From NCBI GenBank assembly GCA_051294375.1, contig CM119263.1:7143044-7207043 (forward strand): a stretch of DNA of 64,000 bases. Direction: 5' to 3'. Positions 14,290-28,300 of the stretch are shown here, piece by piece. The stretch comes from Paraspadella gotoi. Lineage: Eukaryota; Animalia; Chaetognatha. Under the pieces are notes generated by a model. That model saw only the letters and a program-made list of their open reading frames with translations, was not told where the DNA came from and searched no databases. Every line of letters begins with the position of its first letter. Position 1 is the first letter of the stretch. The translations under genes and the position numbers were made by a program.

Positions 14290-14748
14290 ATTTAGTTTAC
14301 AACGAAACAGAAAGGATTACAATACAATGAAAAATAAGAAAAACCTTTGAAGGAAAAACTAACTTTTTTAAAAAAAATGTAAAAAGTGAGAAAAGAAAAA
14401 AAGGAAAAAGAAAAGAAGAGAAGGAGAGAGACTGATTTTTCAAAAGAGGTTTTAAGGTGAGTTCAGTTGGGAGAAAGAAGCGTCCGGGTAAGGCGATACA
14501 ACGAAGACACGAAAGTCGTTCCGCTCGACAGTGTTGTGCTGCAGACTCAGATTCGTAGCGATAATGGGTTCACGGGGTTTTTCTTTTAAGCTTAAACGTT
14601 AGAAATTTAAGTTGTTGTTTAAAATATAAATAATTTAATAGTATGGTCCAAAAGGTGAAAATTTTCTCTGTTTAAAGTCACCCTAAAACACAGAAAATTA
14701 CATAAAAGTCGGAAAGAACCGCAAAAGTGAGGGAAGAGAGAGAGAGAG

Positions 14749-14824
<76 letters not shown>

Positions 14825-14928
14825 GAGACAGAGAGAGAGAGAGGAGAGAGAGAGAAGAGAGAGAGAAAGAGAGAGAGAGAGGAGAGAGGAGAATGAGAGA
14901 GAGAGAGAGAGAGAGAGAGAAGGAGAGA

Positions 14929-15021
<93 letters not shown>

Positions 15022-15052
15022 GAGAATCGATAACAAAAAAACTCAATTTCAG

Positions 15053-15340
15053 CTGGGAATTCAGCCGAAACAACTTCCTTTAACGTTATCTTCAATGACA
15101 TCGTTCCATCGACGACGACGACGACGACGACGCCAAAGACGAAGACTACGACGGTAAAAGCAACGACGACGACGCGAACGACGACGACGAAAACAACATC
15201 AACGATAACAAAATGGGCGACAACAAGGAGTGGCTCACGTTCAACACCCAAAATTTCGTTCGTAATTCTTTTTCCTCCGAAACATCAACATCAACAACAA
15301 CAACAACGGGAAAGAGAAAAACCGAGAAAATATCTATTTT
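15053..15340 (+). CDS. Candidate Thr-rich (mucin-like) exon
   Basis: aatttcAG acceptor, T|GTAAGA donor, 288 nt open in the Thr frame (phase 1-1). Much of it is (ACG)n-derived, so it may be non-coding. Confidence 0.3.
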
Positions 15341-16276
15341 GTAAGAAGAAAGGTTACTTCTCAGTTTTTTATTGTTTTCTTTTTTCTTGTGTTTTTCCTT
15401 GTCTTTTTTCTTCGTGTCATTTTACAAAATAAGTATCAATTTATGGATTGCGTTATTTTGTGACCTTTGTCCTTTTCCGTGTTAGAGGGTGATTGTTGTG
15501 GGCGATGCAAAAAAACCTTTCTTCCCATTCCCTATGCAATTTCTTATCTTCATCGTTTTCATTCGCAAGTACTCGTCTTTTCTTTCTCTCCAAGAGAACC
15601 TAAAGGTCCCTCTTACTCTCTTTCTATCCTATTCTCTATCCGTTCCTTTCCTATCCTATTCTATTCCTTTCCTATTATATCCTATTCTCTATCCGATCCT
15701 TACTCCTTCTCCTCATCACCTCTCCCAATCCTTTTTCTCTTCCCCCCCCCAAACTAACCATCCACATCTAACCTACTTTTCCCATCCTACTCTCCCTTCT
15801 CCCTCCCCCTTTTACTCTACCCGTGACAAAAATCCTCAACGCAACATCTTATCAGTTCAAGAAGGGAAAACCGCCGTTGCCGTTGACGACGGGGCGTCGG
15901 CATGCGGACGGCGCTTTCGGTCGACTTCGCGGCGCGCCGAGGGGGCGCGCGGCGTAGCATGTCGGCAAAAGTCGCTTGGCCGATTCTTTTGTTTTAATTG
16001 CATCCGATTTCTTTGCTAAAACAGATTTATCCCTTCGGTCAGGACTTCAGTGAGGGGAGAGTGAGGGAGAGGGAGGCGGGGACGGATGTGATAAGAGAGG
16101 ACGCGAGAGAAGTGGCGGTGGGGAGAATGTGGGGCAGACAGGCGGAAGTTGGCGAGGGAGGGGAGAAGTGACACGCGGTAGAAAGTAGGGAAAAAGAGTT
16201 GTCTGGAGATCAGAAGAACAATAGGAAACATGAGAGAAAAACTAAAGAAAGAAAAAAAAAACAGAGAAATAAAATA

Positions 16277-16643
16277 CGCATGTGGTCAAAAAAAATTTAA
16301 TAGTTATGACAAAAGCATTTTATTTTTTTATTCTATTTTTCTAATACCACTTCCATGCGACGTCCGCGATGAGGGAGAGAGTCCTAGAGATCGCAAATAT
16401 TAAGGGTTCAGCTCCCGCTAATGCATTTTATAATTTTTTGATTTCATCAACTGTCGTGGTGTTGTACTTTGAAATATCCTTTTTCATCCTTGACGAGATG
16501 TTTATAAGATATTGCAGTTAGGCGAGTTTCTGGGCCAACCTTTGAGCACCTTGATACCGATTTCCTCATACTATTTTTGGATGGCTTTGGCTTTGTATCC
16601 AGGAGCTCTCTTCAAAGTTTAAACTTTTTTTTGACCACATCTG
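16277..16643. mobile_element. Non-autonomous Tc1/mariner-type MITE (~367 bp)
   Basis: Left end TA|CGCATGTGGTCAAAAAAAATTTAA matches the reverse complement of the right end TA|CAGATGTGGTCAAAAAAAAGTTTAAA. TA on both flanks; non-coding interior. Confidence 0.75.
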
Positions 16644-17025
16644 TATATACTTTCAGTAAGATGCCTGGAAATAAAGGTAAAATTCTAAAAGTCAATTATG
16701 AACAGCGTACCACCAGTGAACTTTTTTATAAAAAAAATTAAAAATTTTTTATTCATTAATATTTATTAGTACAATGTTGTTCATTCTTCACTTTTAGAAA
16801 TTTAATTAAAGTTAAACGGTTACAAAGATACAAGGGCCAGTGTAAAAATTTAAAACGAATGACATTAAGATTTGAAAACATTGAAATTATTACCCTCGCC
16901 GTGAAAACCTGGAGGTAATTTTGCGGGTGAAAGTCACTTTAGAACCGAAGATTCTTGAGGGTGTGAATTGTTTGGAGACGAGAGGCGATAAAGAAAGGCG
17001 TCAAAGCTCGGATATCGGAAGGGGC

Positions 17026-17098
<73 letters not shown>

Positions 17099-17238
17099 TC
17101 TTTGAAATTGAACGACAGAAGTGAAAGGAAAAAGAAGAAAAGTCTAAAAGGTGGAAGGGACGAATCCAAAGGTTGCTAAAAAATCTTAGACTTGAGCACA
17201 AAAAATTATTCTTATATTTTATGTTATTTTCTTTCGCC

Positions 17239-17532
17239 GTGAAGATAGAAGTGACGATAGAAGTGAGAGAGGTTGTGAATATAGAAGTGAAGATAGAAGT
17301 GAGAGAGGTTTTGAATATAGAATTGAAGATAGAAGTGAGAGAGGTTGTGAATATAGAAGTCAATATAGAAGTGAGAGAGGTTGTGAATATAGAATTGAAG
17401 ATAAAAGTGAGAGAGGTTGTGAATATAGAAGTGAAGATAAAAGTGAGAGAGGTTGTGAATATAGAAGTGAAGATAAAAGTGAGAGAGGTTGTGAATATAG
17501 AAGTGAAGATAGAACTGAGAGAGGTTGTGAAT
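17239..17532. repeat. 36-bp minisatellite (~8 copies) made of three 12-bp subunits
   Basis: Unit gtgaagatagaa-gtgagagaggtt-gtgaatatagaa. Confidence 0.92.
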
Positions 17533-18647
17533 GGCGAGTGAAATCTGAGCGAGAGGAGATTCACGAACCGTGAGCCACAAAGACGAGCGAAGGAACCGAT
17601 AAAACGGAAGTGACAATCACACGAATGTGAGTGTGAAGTGAAAGGCTCACGTGAAAAACGCAACTGCAGGGAAGGGACAATAGGAAATCGCTCAATTTAA
17701 TGTTTGAACATCAGGGATGGTTACTTTTAGAATAGATTGAGAATTGTTCAATAGTTACAATTTCTTTAAAAGTACATGGTAAAAGTTTATCTTTATAAAT
17801 ATCATTTTTTATGGCGACATATAGGCATGAAAATCAAAAAAATTAATTAAATCTACAGCTGCAAGTGAATAAGAAAGTAGCAATTTTTATTTATGTTTCA
17901 AACTAAAATAATGATATACAGTTAGTAGACAAGAGTGGAAAAAAAGGCCCTTCGCAAGAATAATGTCCCCTTCTCGCTCATTTAAAAAAAAATTAAGGTC
18001 TCTCTATTATGTCTTTGCACTTGTAATTGCTATTATTAAAAATAATTGTATATGAAAATATCAATTTACAAGCTAAAGATTCCCTCAGCAAGGATTCTTC
18101 TATTTGGTTAAAATATCTTTTTTCTCTTTTTTTATTTAACAGGAAATCTTTCCTTTGAAAATACGAATATTCAGGCGTCTGAGTTAAGTGAAGGTAAGGG
18201 AAGAAGTAGGTCGAGGTAACTGCCGCTTCGTTGGGGTAAAGTTAAGCAAGAAAGGAAAGAACCGGAGAGAGGGGAAAGAAAATACAAAATTAGGGAAATA
18301 AAAAAGTAAACGAATAGGAGTGATGGAAAGGAGCGAGAACGGGAGCTAAGGAAAGGAGTGAAAAGGAGAACCTAGGAAATTAACAAAAGAAAGGAGCAAA
18401 GGAAAGTAGCGAAGAGGGGTTAAGGTAAGCGAGCAAAAGAAAGGAGTGAGAAAGAGAGTAAAGAAAAGGAGCGAGAGGGGTATATAAGAAAAGGAGCGAG
18501 AAGGATAGCAAAGAAAAGGAGCGAGGAGGGTTCTAAGGAAAGGAGCGAGGAAGAGCCCCGTTACTGTTTCTTTATCCCGCGGACTTAAAGAAGCCTTGAG
18601 CGCAGGAAGCGAAATTAGCATTACTCTATCGAACTGCCAGTCGCTGA

Positions 18648-18686
<39 letters not shown>

Positions 18687-18962
18687 GAGAGAGAGAGAGA
18701 GAGATGGAGAGAGAGAGAGAGACAGAATAAAATAAAAGAGGAAAAAAAAGAAGGCAGTGGAGGAAAGAAATAAGCGGAGAAGAAAAAGTTCGGGGAGAAA
18801 AAATGTAAATTGAGAAAAAAAAACATGAAAAAATATGGCGAAAAAAGGGAGAAATAAAAAAGAAAGTAAAAAGCCGAAGTTTAAAATAGAAACGTTTGGT
18901 TGTAAAAAAACAAAGCGAGCTTAATTCGAATAATGGATAAAATGAAGGAAGAGAGAGAGAAG

Positions 18963-19012
<50 letters not shown>

Positions 19013-19658
19013 AGAAGAGTAGAGAGAGAGAGAGAGAGAGTAAAGGTCATTTAACTGGTAGCAAGGTTTGCTCGATCGCAGTAAAACTCCAGATTTAAAC
19101 ATTTAAAATTTTATTACACCTGACTTGAGCTACCTAAACACTTTAGTCTTCAATTTAAAATACATATATTATATTTTCTAAAATAAAAACTGAACTTTTT
19201 TTTCATATTCCAATTTATTGTTAAATTCTAAAATTGAAAACAACATTTTGCCCGAAATTTAACGAAATGTAATTTTTTTTTATCTTTCAGACTTCTAATC
19301 ACTTTTGCCATCATCGTAAAATTCTTGAGAAAAAAAATCACGGATCCTTTTTTTTTTCATCCTCTTTTGAAAGAAAAAAACCTTTTAACTTTTCTTTAAC
19401 TGCTATCTGCGCCATCTTTCTTCTCTAACCAACCTTTTTCACTCGACTCCCTTTTGTTGAAATCAGCCTAAACAAAATAGCAACTCGACATACAAACTCC
19501 TAATACCATCCTATATCTCCAACACAACAGTTGTCGTCTTTCGTTATGATTATTGTTTAAATCAAATCCGTCTGAGGATCATCATTTCGACGAAAGTTTT
19601 AGTTTATTTTTGATTGCCGTCTCCCTCTCCCTCCCTCTCTCTCTCTCTCTCTCTCATC

Positions 19659-19700
<42 letters not shown>

Positions 19701-19926
19701 CGTCTTTTCCCTCGTGTGCTTTCTCGGTTCGTAAACAAATTAGGTCGGTATGTTTATTTTATAACTGGATGAGAGAAAAGCCTAAATCGTTCTCACATAT
19801 GCACACTTTTGTGTTTATCTTTTTTAGTTACGTCGCGAGTACTTTTCTGTCGGTCTGTTGGTCGGTTGGTCGGTCAGTCAATATGTCTGTCCGTCGGTCT
19901 GTCCCACTTATATTAAAAATTAATGT

Positions 19927-20050
19927 TTAGATTAGATTAGATTTATTCAAGAAGGACGGGCCGGGGGTAGGCCATGGGTCGCAGTTACAAATAATCACAG
20001 ACAGGTTTATAATTAATCACAGCATAACGAGAATGTGATTTGCCTATAGT
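19927..20050 (-). mobile_element. Probable 3' end of a non-LTR retroelement or SINE
   Basis: Minus strand ends GAATAAA-(TCTAA)3, a short-tandem tail typical of CR1/L2/RTE-type elements, preceded by a GC-rich patch. The 5' extent is uncertain. Confidence 0.35.
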
Positions 20051-20905
20051 TGGTTGATCATTTGTTAAGACAGAAAAAAAACCTCTAAGAGACTGCTAGC
20101 GCCGCCTTCAGGAATTTATAAAACTATAAAGAATAAAAGACGAAATTTTGATGCAGTGCATGTCATAAAAAAGTTTTTTAGTCATGTCATGTCATATAAT
20201 GTCATATCATGTGATCAAATACACGTGAAAAAAAGTCACTGCGGCGCAACACATTGGAATTACTGTTCTTGTTTTTCTTTTATTTCCTTTTTTTTTCGTT
20301 TCCATCTTTTTTTCTCTTTCTCTTTCCATTTCCGCAACCATTTATGCGTCGGTGGCGCCACAACAGACGATAGTGAATTCTTCTTGCCCCTCTGACCCTT
20401 TCTTCCTCCTATGCATTTTTTCTTCTTTTCTTTTTCTTTTTCTTTTCTTTTCTTCTCTTTTTTTTAGTCGCAAGTTTCTGTTATCGTCTTTTTCTCGTTA
20501 CTTTTTTCCTCTTCTTCCTTTGTCCCTTCGTTATTCCAACACAATCCGCAATTCATCTCATCATAAAATATATTTCAGCCTTTTTTCCTTCTCGTATAAT
20601 TTATGCGAAGGTAAATTCGCTCGAACGGGGTTGTCGTTTTGTTTATGTTTTATAATTTTCTCTCTTTCTCTATATCTTCCACTTAAACGTTCCTGTTTTA
20701 TCACCACGCCGCCGTGGCAGATTCATCTTCATCACTCTTTCTTTTCATTTTTTTCATTTTTCTTTCATTTCATGTTCACCCATTTTCCATTTTTCATTTT
20801 TACCGCATCTGAAATCCGCGTGAGTTCACTTCAAGCACGGACGCATTTCCGGGACGCACCCTCGCGAGAGCCCTCGAATTGGTGCACACAGTACGTATGT
20901 ATTGG

Positions 20906-20930
20906 NNNNNNNNNNNNNNNNNNNNNNNNN
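20906..20930. other. 25-N assembly gap (others: 1415-1424, 9885-9894, 51964-51973, 54381-54412, 62260-62982, 63332-63474)
   Basis: N runs in the sequence. Confidence 0.99.
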
Positions 20931-22089
20931 TGAGATCTAGAGAGAGAGAGAGAGAAAGAAGAAGGAAAGTGAGAGATACCAGTAACCGGAAACCAAGAAT
21001 GTCGTAAGTCTGTACATGGAAAACTTTTCCATTTATGAGGATAAAAAAAGCTTTAGGATTTTTATAGGAAGTTGCCTGCGATCCTGGCTATTGGCCCATT
21101 TAAGCAATTTTTCCAAAAAAATAATCTTTAAACGGCACTTAAAAATTGGGTCAAAAATTTTTTTTTAAAAAACTTGCATAGCTCTAATGATAATTTTAAA
21201 ATTTTTTCTTAAAATTTTGCCAACTTATCACTCAAGAGGGTTTGTAACTTCTGTAGAAATATTGTTACTATCAAAAATTTTTTTTCCCATATTTATTCAA
21301 GTGCTAAGTATTTTAGATGGTCATTTTTTCAAATGATGGCATAACTTCTTATTGTGAATAATTATGGTTTTAAATTTTAAGTAATAGGTGGGCCTTGGGT
21401 AGTCCTACAATACATATAAATTTCAATCATTTTGGAAAAAACTTTTTTGACACACGGTCAATTTTTTTGTTTTTCCAAAATTCAAATTGTCAATCCTGCT
21501 AAAAATATTCATTGCAAATAATGTATTCTTTGGCCTATAAATCAGTTAAAACATATTTAACAAAAAATAAAGCCTAAAGCAACAAATTTTTCCTCACATT
21601 TTTAAAAACCTCATTTGCATATTGTTGCATTTTTATAATTTTGCTAAAGTTTTTTCACAATAAAAACTAATCCTTTTTTTAAAATTTTTGGTACACAGAA
21701 TAAATATAATCAAACCTTTAAAAATATAACCATCAACCCTAATTATTTAAGAAATTTCAAATATTTTTTAAATGTATTTTATATAATTAGCTAAAAAATA
21801 ATGATTTTAATCAAGCATTCTGCTAACTTTTTCAAAGGTGGGCATCATTGAAAAGAGGGCAACTCAAGGATTCCAAATAAATAATTTTTTTTACCAAATT
21901 TAATGTCCAAAAGCTGAGATAATTCTTTCCAAAGTGCCTCAACAAATTGAAAAAAACATTCCTTTTTTAAATCGTTAATCGAAAATGCGACTACGAATAG
22001 TTTTTGTTTCAATACTTGGTAACTAGGTCAAAGAATTGTTTCATATTTTGTGGTAATGTCATGTACAGGAGAAAATAAATATTATAGAA

Positions 22090-22355
22090 GATTCTCAATC
22101 GATTTTAAAATCTTGGCTAGAAACATTTTACTCTTTTTCTACCAAGTTTTTTAGAAGTATGCTAAATGTTTCTCTGATTAGCGCAAAATAGAATTTGAGA
22201 ATAAAAAATTAAATAGTAAATAGTTTGGTGAGTTATGTCTCAATAGATGAAAAAAAAACGGCTTGTTAAGAAATTTGAATCTGGAATAGGGATAACTTAG
22301 GCGTACCAATGGCATCGTCCATGCAATCGTTCTTCTCAAATATTTTTTATTAATA
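22090..22355 (+). repeat. Dispersed repeat copy B, indel-rich, running into the AT block
   Basis: Alignable by eye to 2810-3073. Confidence 0.7.
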
Positions 22356-25300
22356 TTAAAATATAATTATATTATTATAATAAAATAAAATTATAAAATA
22401 TAAAAAATATATATAACACATAATATTAAATATAATAAAAAATTTAACAATATTATATTAAATATATAATATAAAAATTATAATTAAATAATAAATGATT
22501 ATTATATTTATTTAAAATAACTAAAATTATAAACTATATATTTTTTATATATTTAAAATTAATATCTAAATTTTAATTTTGTATTAAATATATAATATAT
22601 AATAAATTTATTATATAAAGTAATTAATAAATCTATATAAAAAATAATATTAGATTAATATTTAATATATATTTTTAATAAATTTATTATAATTATTTTA
22701 AATAATGATTAAAATATTTTATAAATTATATATAAATTTAATAAAAAAATGATTATAATCATTATTAATATTAATTTTAATATTTTAAAAATTTAAATAA
22801 GTAATATATATAATTTATTAATATTATATAAAATTTGTAAATTAATATAATTAAATAAAATTATATTATAAATTTTTTAAAATATTAATAATTAATTAAA
22901 TATTAGATATATTAAAAAATTTCTTATATATTAAAATATATTTAGATATTAAATAATAATATATTTTATAAATAAGATAAATATTTATAATATATATTAT
23001 TAATAATAAAATGATAGATATTATAATAATTATATAATACATTTATTCTTTGATTTAAAATAAAAATATAAATTATAAAATTTAAATTAAAATAAAAAAA
23101 AATAAAATATTAAATTATTAACAATTAAATAAAATATAATTTATTTATATAAAATATTAATATTATACAATAAAATTTAATAATTTTATATATTTAAAAC
23201 AATTATTTTATAAAAAAAAAAAAAAAAAATTTACATTATAATATCAAAATATTAAATAAAAAAATAATATTATATTATATAAAATTATTAATATAATATA
23301 ATTATATTTTAATAATTTAATATTAAATATAATTAAAAATTTAATATTAATTAATTAATATAATAATATATATTAAAAAATAATTTTATTTAGAAATATA
23401 TAAAAATTTATATAATTAATAATAATATTATTAGTATAAAGAAAATATTATAATATTAACTATAAAAATATAAATTTAATAATATGATAAAATAAATTAA
23501 AAATAAAATTATATATTAATTAATAAATATTATATAGATATATATAATAAAAAAAAAAAATATAAAAATAAATAAATTATTATATATATATAAAAATATA
23601 AATAAATAAATTTTATATATTATAATAATAATTTATATAAAAAAATTAAAAAAATTTATTTAATTTATAATTTAATTAAAATATAAAGTAAAAATAAAAT
23701 AGTTAATTATTATATATAAAAAAAATTTATTATTAAAATATAATATAAATATAAAGTATATATAACTTAATAATTATAATAAATAACATATATTAAATTT
23801 ATAATTTAAATAATTATATTAAATTATAAATAATATAATTGATAATATTATATAAAACTAAATATTTAATTAAAATATTAATATATAATATTTAAAAATT
23901 TATATATAAAAATTAAATAATTATTTAATATATAAATAAATTAAATTATTAATTATATATATTTTATAAAATAATACTGATAATTATATAATAATAAAAT
24001 TTAATAATTAATTATTATAATTTTTATTTATTATTATAATATATATATACTATAATAAAATTATAAAAATATATATATATAAATTAATAAATCTATATAA
24101 TTAATTATTTAATAAATTTAATAAATTAAAATAGAATTATAATAAATAAAAAAAATTTATATTATATAATTTATATAAAATATAATATATATTATAGTAA
24201 TAAATTTAAATATTTTTAAGTAATTATTTTTATTAATAATTTTTATTTTATATAATATAATTTATATATATAAAATATATATTATTTTATATAGTTTATA
24301 TTATATTTATATAATATATTATAATATATATAAATTATTATATATATATTTTATATAATTAAATATATAATTATAAATAAATAATTAGAATTATTTTATA
24401 ATTAATATATTATAAATAAATTAATTATAATATTATTTTTAAATAATTATTCTTTTAAAATTAAATTAATATTTATATTATTTTAATTATATTATTAAAA
24501 TAAAAATTAAATTAAATTAAAATATAATATACATTAAAATAAATTATTTTATAATAATTTAAATTATATATATTTAATTTTAAAAATTTATTTATTATTA
24601 TTAATATTTATAAAAAAATAATTAAAAATATAAATTAAAATAATAATAATTATTTTATAATTTAAATATTTTTATTATATTAATAAATTAATATTAAATA
24701 AAATATATTATAAAAATTTAATAAAAGTATATTATATATATATATAATTTAAAATTTTATAAATATATATTTTAATTATATTATTTTTTATTAAATATTT
24801 TAAAACAAATAAATATAAATTATAAATATAATTACTTATTAATTATTATAATTAATATTTTAATTTATTTATAATAATATTATTTTAAAATTTATTAATA
24901 ATATATAATTTATATTTAATAAATATATTAATTTTTTTAAATTTTCATCAAATAATTATTATATTTATTATATTATAAAATTAATTTTATATATATATTT
25001 AAATATTTTATATTAAATATATTATATTAATAATAATAATATTTAATAAATATATATAATTATAATATTTTAATATTGTATATATAAAAATATTTTAAAT
25101 ATTATATTAATTTAATAATATTTATAGATATAATATATATAAAATAAAAAAAATATATTATTAAATATGATATTATAATTATAAATAATAAATATGTATT
25201 TTTATCTATATTTTAATTTATATTATTAATTTTATTATAATGATGATTTTATTAATATTAAATTTTAATATTAATATTTTATAATAAAATAAAATTATAT

Positions 25301-28300
25301 TTTATTAATATAATAAAATATTAATATTAATTTTAATATTTATTATTTTATATTATATTATATTATAAAAAATTAATATATTTTAATTATATTTAATAAT
25401 TTTATTAATAATATTATTTAAGTAAAAAATATGTCTTTTAAATTATATTATATATTTATTTTAAATATTTATATATTTTAAATATATTTTGAATTATTTT
25501 AATATATGATTAAAATATACTATATAATAAATTTTATATTAAATTTTAATTTTTTTATTATTTAATTTATATAGTTTTTATTATTTAAATATAATCTAGA
25601 TTAATATTTAAAAAAAAATATATTATTTATTAATAAATAATATAAATTATTATTAATTATTAATATAATAATATTATATTATTATAATAATTATATTATC
25701 TTATAATATTTATTAATATAAACTAAAATTTATTAATTATATATTAATATTTTATTATATTATAAAATAATATAATAAATTAATATATAATTTAATTATT
25801 ATATATAATTTAAATATTTATATATATTACTATTTAAATATTAAAAATAATATAATTTTTTATAATTATTATATTTATAATATTAATTAATATAATTTTA
25901 TATTTATGTTTTAAATTTTAATTATAAATATTATATTAATATATAATTTATAATATTTAAATTTATAATTTTATATATTAATATATTATATATTTTTAAA
26001 TTATTTATTTTAAAATAAATAAAAATTATTTATATTATATATATTAATATATTAAATTATATCATATTAAATTAATTAAAAAAATAATATATAAATAAGC
26101 TATATTTAATATTAAAGATTATTTAAATATATATTAATATTAATTATATATTAATATAAATTTTTTTTAATATTATTTTATTTATTTTATTATTTATGTT
26201 ATATAATAATTAATATAATAGTTTTATAATGTTTATATTATTTTAATAACATATTATTATTTTTTATAATTATATATTATATTTTATTATTAAAAATTAT
26301 ATATTTTAATTATAAAATATTTATTATTTTTAATATTATAAATATATTATTATATTATAATTATTATAAATTAATATAATAAATATTATATATTAATACT
26401 TAATAATATATATTATAGATAATTTATAATAATTTTTATTAATTATATTTATTATTATAATATTTATAATTAATTAAATTAAATTTAATATATAAATTAT
26501 TTTTATTATATATTTATTATATAAAATATTTTAAATATAATAATTTATATATTATATAACTTTTTATTTAATAAAAATTAATTTAATTAATGTAATTTAA
26601 TTATATATATATATTTTAACTCATATAATATTAAATATTATATTTTTTTATATATTTATATGTAATATAAATTTTAAAAAAATTAATTAATATATATATA
26701 TATTTATTATAATTAATAATATATAAGTATAATATATATATATATAATAATAAATTAAATAATTTTATATAATAATTTATATTAAAAATTTTATTAATTT
26801 TTATATTAGAATTTGAATTTTTTTAAATTAATTATATTATTACTATATAAATACTATATTTTAAATTATTTTAACTATTAATATATATTAAATTAAAAAG
26901 AAAATTATATATATAATATTAATTATATAATAAATAATTATTTATATTAATTTTTAATAATATAATATAAATATATAATATAAATTATTTATTATTAATT
27001 TTTATAATTAATATTATTTATATTTTTTTTTTTTATAAATTAGATTATAAATATTATTTTAAATATATAATATATTATATATATATAATTAATTATATAA
27101 AATATATTTATTTTTTTATTTCTGTTATATTTATGTTAAAATATATATTTATTTTATTTTATTTATTATATTATTATATATATATATAAATATTTTAAAA
27201 TAATAATTTTTATAAATATTATAAAATATTTTATAATAATATATAATATAAATATAATATTAATTTATTAAATATAAATATTATATATTATATAATTATG
27301 TAAAAAATTTTATAATATATAAAATAATTAATTATTCATATTTATTATCTTTATATTTATTAATTAAATAAAATTTAATATATTAAATTATTATCTTATA
27401 TTAATATTAAATTACAATATAAAAATATTCTGATTTCTAATATCATAATATTAAATATATTAAAATATAAATAATATATAAATATTATTTATATATATTA
27501 ATTATAAATAAATATTATTTTATAATATAACATATTTAAATAATTAATTTATTATAAATAATATAAATAATTTAATATTATTTAATATAAATATATTATT
27601 TATATAATTCTATCAAAATTATAATTAATAATATAATAATATATTTAAAAATTAATTTTAAAATATAGTACAATAAAATTTAATTAATATATCTAAAATT
27701 AAGATAATGTATTTAAATTTAATAAATTTATATTACATATATATAAAATACTATATATAATATAATAATAAAAAAAAATAATTATTAAATTAAACATAAT
27801 AATATAAAAAATATATAAAATATAAAATATAATTTATATAATAATAATTTAATTATTAAAAAAAAAAAATATATATATAAAATTAATTAAATTATTTCAT
27901 AAATTAAATATTAATAAAAATAGATTATTTATAATAATTATATTATTTTTATATTATTTATAATAATTGACAATATTATAAATATTATTAATTTATTTAA
28001 TATATATTATTAAATATATTATATTAATATAATAATATATAATAAAAATATAAATTATATTAAATCAATATATAACATATATAATAATTTATTAATATTA
28101 TTTATAATAAATTTTTAAATAGTAATATTATAATAATAATATTAATAAAAATTTAATAAAAATATAATATAAATAATAATTAATTATTATAATTTATTTA
28201 AATAATTATTTATAATATTAAATTAATATTAAATTATTAATGATATTTATAATAAAATAGCATAATATATAATTAATATAATATATAAATATTATATTTA

